Assembly: GCA_020137815.1 (NCBI GenBank)
Contig: CM035362.1
Location: 4,154,001 to 4,218,000 of the forward strand
Length of the DNA: 64,000 nt
DNA from: Hormiphora californensis
Lineage: Eukaryota > Animalia > Ctenophora
Reading direction: 5' to 3'
Part shown: positions 36,553 through 59,414 of the stretch, one piece after another
Position numbering within the stretch: the stretch's first letter is position 1
Layout of the letters: each line of letters starts with the position of its first letter
Program-made: the position numbers and the translations under genes
The notes under the pieces: model-generated
Told to the model about the DNA's origin: nothing
Seen by the model: the letters and a program-made list of their open reading frames with translations, nothing else
The model's database searches: none

Positions 36553-37040
36553 GGGCGCGCACAGACTGTCCATGCGTGATCATGTCCATTATTTTGACCA
36601 AGTCGCCAGCGTATCAAAATTAGTCGGGTTCAGTGGTTTTCGATATGTTATGAATTAGTTTCAGTTTTTACTCTCCAAGCTTGGTCAAATGACCATAATT
36701 TGGGCAAGATTTTGACCAAGTCGCACAGACTGACAAAATTTGGTCATTTGACCAAGCTTGGAGAGTAAAAACTGAAACTAATCCATATCATATCGAAAAC
36801 CACTGAACCCGACTAATTTTGATACACGGTCGCTTGTAGTGGGAAAACGGTAATGGAAAACGAAGATACAGTAAGACGACGCGCAACCGTGACCAATCAG
36901 GGCGCTAGTACGTGCTGACACCGTGCGCGTCTCCTTACTGTATTTTGCGTTACCGTATTTTGACTGCAAGCAGCACTGATACGCTGGCGACTTGGTCAAA
37001 ATAATGGACATGATCACGCATGGACAGTCTGTGCGCGCCC
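36553..37040. mobile_element. PIF/Harbinger (Tourist-like) MITE
   Basis: TIRs GGGCGCGCACAGACTGTCCATGCG / CGCATGGACAGTCTGTGCGCGCCC. TAA TSD. Confidence 0.85.
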
Positions 37041-37172
37041 TAATATAATATGCTATTTCGAAATCCTTTTTTGGGATTAGCTACCGGTAGTTGACCACCT
37101 TGTTCCATATCCAAACGGTGTTGCTTTGTTAGTGCTCAGTGCAGCTCTCTGCTCTCAATCTTTTTCTCTATC

Positions 37173-37294
<122 letters not shown>

Positions 37295-37295
37295 C

Positions 37296-37333
<38 letters not shown>

Positions 37334-37337
<4 letters not shown>

Positions 37338-38127
37338 CAAAGATCTCACCATCGGATCATGTAAGGGATCTGGGTATCAAAGTCTCCAGTGACTTATCCT
37401 GGAGACCGCACCTCGTAAATTTGGCCAAACGAGGAAGATGCATTGCACAATGGGTGTTCGGGGGTGTTCTCCAGTAGGGAACCAGAGCTGATGATCACTG
37501 TATATAAATCACTGGTCAGAAGCTTGATGGAGTACTCTGCTCTCCATTGTGGAGCCCGCAAACCGTCGGAGACATCCAACTGCTAGAGTCTGTTCAGCGG
37601 GGTTTCACACGAAATCTATCGGTCGGGTATGAAGGACCTTGACTACTGGCAGCGCCTAAAAGCCCTTGACTTGATGTCTTTGCAAAGACGACGGGATAGG
37701 TATTCGGTGCTAATTTATGCACAAGACATATCGGGAGTTGATACCAAACGAAACCGGTGTTAGCTTCAGCCGTACATTCCCGCCACGGTGTCAAAGCAGA
37801 GGTTACCCTCGACCTGTCACGGGTGAAGAGCAAAAGAACTAGCACAATATACAGCTCTTCTTTCGGTTCCATCGGCCCTAGACTGTGGAACTGTCTCCCG
37901 GACGATCTGAGGGAGATTGAGGACCCTGATTTATTTAAACATAAGTTGGACCTCCTTCTCCGTGATATCCCAGACCGTCCGCCTACACCTGGATATCAAG
38001 CACCAAACAGAAACTCTTTGTCTGACTGGTGTGTTGGAGCCAGTTTCAATAAACGGTGGTCCGAGTTCCTGGGATGACCTGACGTATCATGACGAACAAC
38101 TCAAAAGTATCAAAAAAAGTAAGTAAT
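37334..38127 (+). mobile_element. CR1-clade LINE 3' fragment (RT C-terminus, frameshifted)
   Basis: VRDLGIKVSSDLSW, YKSLVRSLMEY, DIQLLESVQR, DYWQRLKAL.LMSLQRRRDR, GPRLWNCLP, FKHKLD..IPDRP. Ends AAAGTAAGTAA. Embedded in (CT)n. Confidence 0.85.
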
Positions 38128-38222
38128 CAATCTCTCTCTCTCTGTCCTCTCTGTCCTCTCGTCTCTCCTGTCTCTCTCTCCTCCTTCTCTCTGTCCCTCT
38201 CTGTCTCTCTCTCTCTCTCTGT

Positions 38223-38254
<32 letters not shown>

Positions 38255-38667
38255 ACCTCTGTCTCTCTCTCAGTCTCTCAATCCTATCATCCTCTCTCTC
38301 CCGCCTTCGTCTCTCTCTCTCTCTCTCTCGATCTTCCCATCTCTCTCTCTCCTCCTCTCCGGCTCTCGGAGTCTCGCTCCAATCCTCTCATCTCTCTCTA
38401 TCCCTCTCCTTCGGCGCACTTCTCTCTTCCTCTACTCTCTCCATAGTCCCAATCCTCTCTCTCCTTCAGTCCTCTCTACTATTCTGTCCAAATCTCCTTC
38501 TCCTCTCATCCTCTCTACTCTCCTCTCTCTCTATCTTGGTTCGTTATGCTAAAGGATCCCTCTACTAATGGAGCCGGACACATAAAAAGGGGTATTTAAC
38601 TTGACAATGAAAATTCAAAGTTAGTGGTACGGACTGAATGAGAGAATGAGAGAGATAGAGATATGTA

Positions 38668-39054
38668 AAGTCGGATTTTTTGAAACTGTCCAGAACTGTC
38701 CACACACCCAACCGTCCAACCCCCCTGGGTGGAAAAGCACGCGAGTTTTTATATTTTTTGCGTGTCCGGAAAACTGGTTTTCGCCTCTCACGCCTTTGTT
38801 TTCTTGACTCTCACGCTTTGTTTCTTGACCAACTATCGGTCACGAAGTTTTTAATTATTGATTAACGAAAACATTATAGTACGGACTCAACCACAAAATT
38901 CTAACAAAATTATGCTCTTCTTTTTTTCGCGATGATATTTATGGCGGTTTTTTTTTTGTGCCGAAAAGTGAGCAATGGGGGCCTGGTCACACGCAAATAT
39001 GACGACGCGCCGTGTGAAAATGGGGGTTGACAGTTGCAAAAATAAATCCGACTT
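38668..39054. mobile_element. MITE, AAGTC...GACTT family
   Basis: AAGTCGGATTTTTTGAAACTGTC / GACAGTTGCAAAAATAAATCCGACTT, TA flanks. Confidence 0.7.
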
Positions 39055-39083
39055 TAAAATAAAAAGTTATAGATTCGAGGAGG

Positions 39084-39153
<70 letters not shown>

Positions 39154-39524
39154 TATTATAATCTGGCTACATTTGGTGCATTTCAAATTGTTTCTTAGAG
39201 CGCTAAATGGGTACTTTACAGGATACTTAGTTTGCAACACATTGTTAGGTGTTCTCTCTGTTTCTCTCTCCCTCTCTCTCTCTCTCTCTTTGTTTCTCTC
39301 TATCTCTCCCTCTCTCTCTCTCTCTCTCTATCTCTCTCTATCTCTTTCTCTCTCTCTCTCTCTTTCTATCTCTCTCACCCTCTCTCGTGTCACCCTCTCT
39401 ATCTCTCTCCCTTTCTTTCTACCTCTCTCAATACCTCCATTGTTCATTGTCCCTCAATACGAAGCAGTTTCGCCCCGACACCACCCAGATTCCAATTACT
39501 CCACTTGTACTGTCTCTCCGGGGA

Positions 39525-39984
39525 TGTACTGTACTGTACTGTACTGTACTGTACTGTACTGTACTGTACTGTACTGTACTGTACTGTACTGTACTGTACT
39601 GTACTGTACTGTACTGTACTGTACTGTACTGTACTGTACTGTACTGTACTGTACTGTACTGTACTGTACTGTACTGTACTGTACTGTACTGTACTGTACT
39701 GTACTGCTGTATTGTACTGTACTGTACTGTACTGTACTGCTGTATTGTACTGTACTGCTGTATTGTACTGTACTGTACTGTACTGTACTGTACTGCTGTA
39801 TTGTACTGTACTGTACTGTACTGTACTGTACTGTACTGTACTGTACTGTACTGTACTGTACTGCTGTATTGTACTGTACTGTACTGTACTGTACTGTACT
39901 GCTGTATTGTACTGTACTGTACTGTACTGTACTGTACTGTACTGTACTGTACTGTACTGTACTGTACTGTACTGTACTGTACTG
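39525..39984. repeat. (GTACT)n pentanucleotide array with recurring CTGCTGTATTG variant
   Basis: Directly visible. Confidence 0.95.
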
Positions 39985-40254
39985 TTGGACCCTGATTTAC
40001 CAGGATCCTAGGGAGAAAGGGTTTTGTCCGGTATATCCTGTCAGAGCATTGGCCTGACCCTATTCTCGCGAATATCTGGATCCAACTGCAGTACCCGTAT
40101 CCAACATCCGCTATTGTTTCCCATCGCTGTATTTCTCATTGATGTCCATTCAATATTCTCGCGGAAGAATGTGGGATCATTTCAAATGGCAAGTCCAAGG
40201 TTGTAACCAAGAATGTATGAAATAGCCCTTCTCCCCCCCCCCATCGGTATTTGC

Positions 40255-40977
40255 TATAACAACTGAGGTTAGGAAGGAAAATGGAATTGTTAATAGTGCG
40301 TGATCGTTTATGCGAGTGGGGGGAGGAGGAGAGAATGAATCTTGAAACTAGAGAAGGGGAGAGGAGAGAGAGAGTTTAATCTCATGCGAGTGAGAGAGAA
40401 ATTTGCGGGAAATTGAGAGAATATAGAGATAAAATAGTTGTGTTTTGTTCTCTTACTGTGAGAGAAGAAAAGAGGACTTGATAGAGGTAAATGTAAACTA
40501 TGGTTTAGTCGCTGGTATAATACCATGAGGTGGTTCGTGGGTTCGAGGGCAAGCCCAAAATCGCTCGTGAAACGAGAAAGGTGAGCTGTATAACAAAACA
40601 AAATGTCTTGCTATACAACTGAGGTAGGAAGGAAAATGGAATTGTTAATTAGTGCGTGATCGATATCGCGTAGTGGGGGGAGAGAGAGAGAATGAATCTG
40701 AACTATAGAAGGGGAGAGAGAGAGAGAGAGTTAATCTCATGCGAGTGAGAGAGAAATTTTGCGGGAAATTGAGAGATATAGAGATAAAATAGTTGCTGTT
40801 TTGTTCTCTTACTGTGAGAGAAGAAAAGAGGACTTGATAGAGGTTAAATGTAAACTATGGTTTAGTCGCTGGTATAATACCATGAGGTGGTTCGTGGGTT
40901 CGAGGGCAAGCCCAAAATCGCTCGTGAAACGAGAAAGGTGAGCTGTATAACAAAACAAAATGTCTTGCTATACAACT
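40255..40977. repeat. ~360-bp tandem duplication with indel-rich differences
   Basis: 40255-40620 and 40610-40977 align (ACAACTGAGG..AAATGTCTTGCTATACAACT). Confidence 0.8.
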
Positions 40978-41265
40978 CATTTTTTGTACATGTGTATTGT
41001 ATTGGCTCCATTGCAACCTATTCTCGCTCCGCGAAGAATGTGAGATCGATTTTACTCAGGTATCAATGTGGCCAATGTATTGTACACAAGAATGAATTTA
41101 TGAATATATTGACAAACCTTCTACCCCCCCCCTCTCTCCTCATCAGATCGCACACGATCAAATGTCACACGAGTATTAGTACACGTAGCCAAACACGCAC
41201 TGCCATAACTTGATGTGGTGAGGTTTGGAAACGTGGTAGCTTCCAATGCTTTCCATCTCTCTCTC

Positions 41266-41341
<76 letters not shown>

Positions 41342-42170
41342 TCTCTCTCTCTCTCTTTTATCTCTGGCTGCTTCTCTATCTCTATCACTCTCTTTTATTA
41401 TCTGCAATCTATGTTTCGTTTTCTCCATTTTCAGTTTTTTTTTCTCCATGTAAGATACTTTTTTATCGACTCAACTCTGCTCACTATTGTTTACTATAAC
41501 ATTCTACGAATTCTTGCTTGAAACCCCGTGATTGTGTCAGCATTATTCGAGTTTACAAAAGTAGTGGTGAACTGCCCGTCTGGGGGTGGGGGGGGGGGCT
41601 CTGGTGTCTCTCATAGAGACCTATTGATCCATATTAACGGGGGGACCGGGTGGGCGGATTCATTGTTCTACCGTTAAATGCTCATATTCCTCACAATACA
41701 CTATAAATATTTTCTTTATGTTCTTTTTGTACCTATAACACGTTATTCAAATCAATACCGGCCCTTCTCGAACGGCGTACTGAGAGGGGGGGGGGAGGAG
41801 GGGGTGAGCTAGGAGCGCAGAATACCCACTAGGGGTTGCTATTTTAAAAATTGCAGAATACCCACTATAATATAATAGTCTGTTATAGTACAGAGTCTGT
41901 AGCACTGCAGAGGGAGTGGTGGAGAGAGAGAGGGGTAAAACCTAGCAAGTAGTTACTGGATCGGTATATAGAGAGGGATGGATAGAGGGGTGGAGAGAGA
42001 GAATGAGAGAAACCAGAACAAAAGCGGAAGACAGAAAGTATCTTGTTTGGTTAAAAATACTAATTATAGTTGCTGTAATTCTAGCAGCAAGTAGCAGCTT
42101 ATGAATCTACGGGATTTTCTGCGGTTTTGCTACTGTCGATTAGTCAGATTTTTCACTTTTCTTTCTTCCA

Positions 42171-42289
<119 letters not shown>

Positions 42290-42729
42290 CTTCTCATCTC
42301 CTCATTCTCCGCCAGCAATTTCTCGTTAAATCTATCTCGCACTCGTCAATTACAGTCCGCACTTAATTATGTATAATACTGTGTTCCTGGAATTTTTTAG
42401 ACTGCCACACACACAGAGAGAGAGCACACATATTTTATTTTGGGGGTAGACTTGTAATTAGTAGCCATTGTGTCTCTTTTTTCAGTTATTATTTTACAAC
42501 TCTCTACAGATAAATTGGGTTTTCATTTTGTTCACTGAGGGAAAACTTATAACTGAGCCCTAAACTGTATCAGCCTTATATCTCGCTCACTAGAACACAT
42601 CTCTTTTCCACATCCTCTTTCCCATGGTTGGGCTTTGTCTCTGTCTTTGTCTCTCTGTCTCTCTGTCTCTGTCTCTGTCTCTCTGTCTCTCTCTCTCTGT
42701 CTCTGTCTCTCTGTCTCTCTCTGTCTCTG

Positions 42730-42833
<104 letters not shown>

Positions 42834-43376
42834 ATCTCTATCTCTCTATCTTCTCTTCCACGGTTGGGCTTGTTGTCTTTCCTAAGTGCTTTGTATCTAG
42901 CTACTTATTATGTATTCTGAGAGCATTATAAAGTGAAATTAGATATTCATTTGCTTGGGAAGATATGCCAAGAAGGGTTGTCCCTGGCAGGCCAATGCTC
43001 TGACCACAGTGCAGTTCTCGCGCTCATTTGAGAGAAATGAGAATAGGGTCAGGCCAATGCTCGCGCTCATTTGAGAGAAATGAGAATAGGGTCAGGCCAA
43101 TGCTCTGACAGGGTTGTCCCCAGATACTCTCTGGAAAGAGATGGATTAACAAAATCAGATTAGAAAAATGACCTCCAATATATTGGATACTGCATCATAT
43201 ATGTTAGTTGGCCCTATTTTACGAATTATTAGCCAGTCCCTCCTCTCCAGGCGCTCCATCAAGTCCCTAAATATCGGGGGGAAACGGATTAGTAATTATT
43301 GTATTTACTAATCGATAAGTTAGATCATAGCACGCGGGGCAGACTATAGTTTATAAAAAACTATAACTACTTACCA

Positions 43377-43475
43377 AGAACCGACCGACACAAGTAAACA
43401 ACCAATCAGAACTCGTTATTTAAGTCACGTGACTGGTTATCAGCCAATCAGTATTTCCTGATTCGGTCGGTTCCT
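43377..43475. mobile_element. hAT-type ~100-bp MITE (diverged); a partial inverted copy lies at 44421-44515
   Basis: GAACCGACCGA..CCAATCAG..GTCACGTGAC..TCGGTCGGTTCCT. Confidence 0.8.
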
Positions 43476-43868
43476 AAAATCTCTGTAAAATTGTTTTTTT
43501 GTCTTTTTTCTTGGGGAAACAAAAATGAATAAATATAACATTTTTTATCATGACGTGTCTGTGCCATTACATTGCAACCAAATTGGTTGAGCTTGTCATT
43601 TCTTTCTTGACAGTTGTGTCAAGACAGTCGTTTATCTATTGGCCATTTTGAAACACACTCATTTTGCCTTCCTTACATCTTTTATGTACATATTACATAT
43701 AATATTTGAGCGGCTGTTCAATCACACACAATCGTTTGTGGGCGATGTGACAGGTGGGCTCCCTTTTCACTGTGCTAAGACTTAGAGGCTCAAAATTCAC
43801 ATTATAAGTGTTGAAAACCAGTGAACGCTTTTACACACGTCCTTTTTCTAAGTACCTGTCTCTTCATT

Positions 43869-43899
<31 letters not shown>

Positions 43900-43916
43900 C
43901 TCTATCTATCTCCCTC

Positions 43917-43993
<77 letters not shown>

Positions 43994-45250
43994 CCCTCTC
44001 TCTTTATCTCTCTATCTATCCCCCAGTTTCCTTCTCTTTTCTGCATCTTTTGTTAGCTCGACCTCTTAGTATCCTTTTCTTCCCCACCCAATTGTTCTTC
44101 TCCATATCTGTCTTTTGCTGTAAGTACATCTGAATTTAGTTGCTAGGTTTAGTTGCTAGGTTGCTCCTTCATAAAATCAATTATATTGCATTGGTCTCTC
44201 TAGTCACGGCTCAGATTCCCGAGTATGGGTTTTGGTTAATCGCCTTCAGATACTCAACTATTATACCCCGTCAAATGTACATAATCAAATGACTTGTCGA
44301 GACAGTCTCGTTTCACAGCTCTAGTGAAAATGTCATGATCCCTCTTTTAATAAAATTTATACACTTACTGTACTTCTACTTAGAGAGGAGGTTGGGGGAT
44401 ACTCTGTAGATAGAGAAATGCAGGAACCGACCGAATCAGGAAATACTGGTCCCTGATTGGCTGATAACTAGTCACGTGACCTAAATAACGAGTTCTGATT
44501 GGTTGTTTACGTGTTTCTGTAGATAGAGAAATGTATACTGGATCAAGAAGATCTACATATAGTTGACAACGCTACAACTAAATTCAATTTAGAGGCTAGG
44601 AGCATCTGGTGTGCAGTTAGTGTGTGACACGTCCCCCCTCATTCTTTTGATCTCCTACTGTTTTCTGTGACACGTCCCCCCTCATTCTTTTGATCTCCTA
44701 CTGTTTTCTGTGACACGTCCCCCTCCTCATTTTTTTGATAGCTCCTGTTTTCTGTTTAAATACAGAATAGCTCCTGTTTTCTGTTATACCGAATAGCTCC
44801 TGTTTTCCGACAGAATAATGGTAGTTTCGGGGTAGATGGGGGAAATTTCGACCACCTATGTAATTTGGTGTTGCCATAGTTGTCTCACCTAGTTAAGCTA
44901 TGATATGACGTCATCTTCCATTTTCTTCAAACAAAATGATATTTAGCGCCATAGCGCCATATCTTTACATTTCTTTTTACAATATCTTTTGTTTTCAACA
45001 CCCACCCTCATACAAATCTTTATCTTTCTCCTGTTGCTATTATATAGTAAAGGGATTGGGGGTGGGAGTGGGATGGGGGTGGGGTGGTAATGATACAATG
45101 AATCCCATTTAGCTTCAATTCCTTTCAGAACTTTCGAGCAAGAAAATCTGCAATTTTGCTTCGACTACAGTGTACGACAATTTCAATAAATTCAATGTTT
45201 CTCTTCCCCCGTACCTTACCCCGTTATCTTCCAACACTTGATCCCTCCCG

Positions 45251-45355
<105 letters not shown>

Positions 45356-45766
45356 CCTCCATCTCGCTCAATCGCCAGCAAGATACTTTTCTTTCACGCG
45401 ATTCGCGTTCTCAAAGCAACATCGCTATTTTCTTTGTTTGCAACTACAATCCTTGCTCGTAGAAACATGGAGCCACTTTGAGATAACTAATGTGTCAATA
45501 CAGTTCGCTCTCCAATGTACAACTACAATCCTTGTTCGTAATCGCCACCACACATACATTGAATAGAGTTGGTGATTAGATATAAATCTACAAGTACAGT
45601 TCGATTGCTATTATATATCAATATGGCGATGTATTACTATCAAAACACAGTATAAGTTACTGTTTAGTAAATACAGATAGTCGTTAGTAATTTAGTAAAA
45701 GATATAGAAGTAGTGAATTATGTTGTTATAATTTGCTCATTACTTTATCCTCAGGTATCAATTATA

Positions 45767-55979
<10,213 letters not shown>

Positions 55980-56097
55980 TTGACCACGTGGGGATTTGTC
56001 TTTCAGCACCCAGTGGATTAATTGACCACGTGTCATGGGGATCTGTTACGCGATCTGTCTTGCGGCACACCAGACCCTGAATTGATTATCGGATTGG

Positions 56098-57600
56098 CAG
56101 GAACCGACCGAATTAAGGGTACGCTAACCAAAAATTTTTTTCGAGTGCAGGGAAATCTCTCACCGTAGGGTTGTAGGCCATGCCAAGGAGACCTCAAATA
56201 TGCAATTTGAGCTCTCAAGTCGAATTCATATTTTTGCTACAGCTGTTTAAAAAATGTCCTGTAAATACGTTTTTGGCATCTCAAAAATTTTTTTTTAAAG
56301 ATAGGAGCATGAAAATTTGGGGATTTGAAGAGGACATGAAGGTGAATAACCACAAAAATTTTTTTTGCAATCCGAGCTGATTTCCGGTCCTGAGATGGAT
56401 TTCTTTTTTTCCACTTTAACGCCCTATTTGGCAAAGTTCCGAAAACATGTGAAAGCTGTAAATTGGTGAAAAGTTGCGTCTAACGATTATCTAAGTGGCC
56501 ATAAATTTTGGGCGTGTCCTTATTTGAGATAAGCTGTACAGAGTTTTTTTTGTGAAAGCCGTCATTTCAGAAATAAATAAATTCCCTGTATCTCAAAAAC
56601 GGCTGATCGTAGAGACCTGAGACTATGCTTAAACGATTCAGAAGGTCCGATTTTGGGGGGGTCTTCTGAGAGACATTTTGCTCCTACTTCAACCGTTTTT
56701 GCTGTAATTGCGAAAAACAAATTCTATGAAAAGGGCAAAAGCTAAACTCCAATATCCTGTAATTAGGGAATTTTAGCTAAGAAAGGACCGAAACTATGGA
56801 AAAATGTGTAACAAGCTAATTCCTTCACTATTTGGTCCATATGGGTCCCTATAATCGCCAAAAACAAAATCACAAAAAATCCACGATGGCGAAGATGGGT
56901 TTTTGTTTTTCGCAATTACAGCAAAAACGGTTGAAGTAGGAGCAAAATGTCTCTCAGAAGACCCCCCCAAAATCGGACCTTCTGAATCGTTTAAGCATAG
57001 TCTCAGGTCTCTACGATCAGCCGTTTTTGAGATACAGGGAATTTATTTATTTCTGAAATGACGGCTTTCACAAAAAAAACTCTGTACAGCTTATCTCAAA
57101 TAAGGACACGCCCAAAATTTATGGCCACTTAGATAATCGTTAGACGCAACTTTTCACCAATTTACAGCTTTCACATGTTTTCGGAACTTTGCCAAATAGG
57201 GCGTTAAAGTGGAAAAAAAGAAATCCATCTCAGGACCGGAAATCAGCTCGGATTGCAAAAAAAATTTTTGTGGTTATTCACCTTCATGTCCTCTTCAAAT
57301 CCCCAAATTTTCATGCTCCTATCTTTAAAAAAAATTTTTTGAGATGCCAAAAACGTATTTACAGGACATTTTTTAAACAGCTGTAGTAAAAATATGAATT
57401 CGACTTGAGAGCTCAAATTGCATATTTGAGGTCTCCTTGGCATGGCCTACAACCCTACGGTGAGAGATTTCCCTGCACTCGAAAAAAAATTTTGGTTAGC
57501 GTACCCTTAAGTAAACAGCCAATCAGAACTCGTTATTTATGTCACGTGACTGGTTATCAGCCAATCAGGGACCAGTATTTCCTGATTCGGTCGGTTCCTG
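56098..57600. mobile_element. hAT-type MITE split by Kolobok-like copy 3
   Basis: 8-bp TSD CGGATTGG on both sides. Confidence 0.85.
56117..57506. mobile_element. Kolobok-like foldback element, copy 3
   Basis: TTAA TSD. Near-identical to 46210-47600 including the spacer. Confidence 0.87.
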
Positions 57601-58158
57601 CGGATTGGGGTTCGCAGCTGTGCAGTGTATTGTGTTTTTCTCTTTAGACAATTATCAGAGAAAGACACTGTTCAAGGGACACGCGGCTCAATTGTTTTTA
57701 GTTTGTCCAGAGTTTTGAATGTTATGTTTAAAGAATTTTGACTGTGTGGCGGCGCCAGAACCCGTTTTGATTCTATGCGGCCAGATCGGCTCAGCGCTGT
57801 CAGACAGAATTTCAGGGATGATACTCATAAATTAAGCATCTCTATTAGATATTAAAACTTGAAGGAACTTTTTCTTCGCGGTTTTTATATTGATTGGTTT
57901 GGGTCGAATAGTTATTTTTGTCTTGAGTGTGTTATTTATTTGATTAACATTTTACCTCGGTTTCAAACTAATGTGTTTAACCAATTTGAGAAATGAGAAA
58001 CTATATTAAGTAAAACCTAAACTCGGTGTGGTGTTTGCGGCACCTAGTCATATCTTTATGGTTCCCTCTTGCAGGGTCTGTCAGAGTGTCAGGCCAATGC
58101 TCTGACCACAGTTCTCACGCGCTCCGAGAAATGAGAATAAATCCTTCGGCCTTCCCAA

Positions 58159-58605
58159 GGGGCGAGACACACTGAAGTTGGGCGCGCTCGTTCAAATCTC
58201 AACCTCGCGACACACACTGAAGTTCGAAGTTCGAAGTTTCGCGAAACCCCATTTTCGGCTGAGAAATCATTTGTAAGATGCTAACTTATTTACTGGTACA
58301 TCTCTCGAGGTGTCCTTTATCCATAGTGAGTCGATTTCACCGTTTTTGAAATTTTTGGCAAATCCGGTCAAAGTTGTCCCAATTCACCAAAAATTTTAAA
58401 AACGGTGAAATTGACCCGGTATTGATAAAGGACACCTCGAGAGATGTACCAGTAAATAAACTAGCATCTTACAAATGATTTCTCAGCCGAAAATGGGTTT
58501 TCGCGAAACTTCGAACTTTTCCGCGAAACTTCGAACTTCGAACTTCAGTGTGTGTCGCGAGGTTGAGAGTTGAACGCGCGCGACCAACCTCAGTGTGTCT
58601 CCCCC
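58159..58605. mobile_element. Palindromic Harbinger-like MITE
   Basis: GGGGCGAGACACACTGA / TCAGTGTGTCTCCCCC. Probable 3-bp TSD CAA. Almost fully self-complementary. Confidence 0.7.
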
Positions 58606-58616
58606 CAATGCAGTAA

Positions 58617-58859
58617 CACGGGGGATTACGGGGGCTCGAAAAGATCGCCCGTATAGATCGCCCGTACCAGTCCCCCGTACATTTACTTTGCGCATTACGT
58701 TTCATCGCACTTTCATCACAACAAAACCCAAGCGCGTTACGCGCATGTGTTTTGTTGTGGTGAAAGTGTGGTGAAACGTAATGCGCAAAGCAAATGTACG
58801 GGGGACTGGTACGGGCGATCTATACGGGCGTCTCATCCGGGGCCCCGTAATCCGCTGCC
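58617..58859. mobile_element. ~243-bp MITE with 3-bp TSD (second copy 62940-63183)
   Basis: CACGGGGGATTACG ... CGTAATCCGCTGCC. TSD TAA here and TAT in the second copy. Confidence 0.8.
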
Positions 58860-59414
58860 TAATGCACCCAAGATGCGGCGCGAAGATATGACCCGAGGGT
58901 TTTACTTTATTTCGGACTGTCTGGCATGGTGTCTCAAAACAGCGGTGCTCAGAAAGAGCTTCAGTGCTGCCAGACAGATTTCGGAGAGAAACGCGGTCTG
59001 GCCAGACAGCAGAAAAGGGATGGCAGACGCCGTTTTAATTTTCGCGACAGTGCGCTCAGATGGGGTTGTGGCGCCAGACAGATCTGAGCGCACTGTCGCT
59101 AAAATTAAAAGCTAGTCAGTGCTGCCAGACAGATTTCTGAGAGAAAGGGTCCAGTTAGAGATTTTGCGACCGAAGTTAGTTACAATGATATGTTATGAGG
59201 CAGGCCCCTGCTGACACTGCTGACACTGCCGCGCGCGCCACTCTAGATGCAAATCACATCGAAAACCCTGCTAGTCAACGAAGATATTTCACGCGCACAG
59301 GGACTCTCCCAGCTTGCGCCAGTTGCAGATTGGAGGCTGGCGCCAGCCTCCAATCTGCAACTGGAGCGTAACGCGGTCTGGCCAGACAGCAGAAAAGGGA
59401 TGGCAGACGCCGTT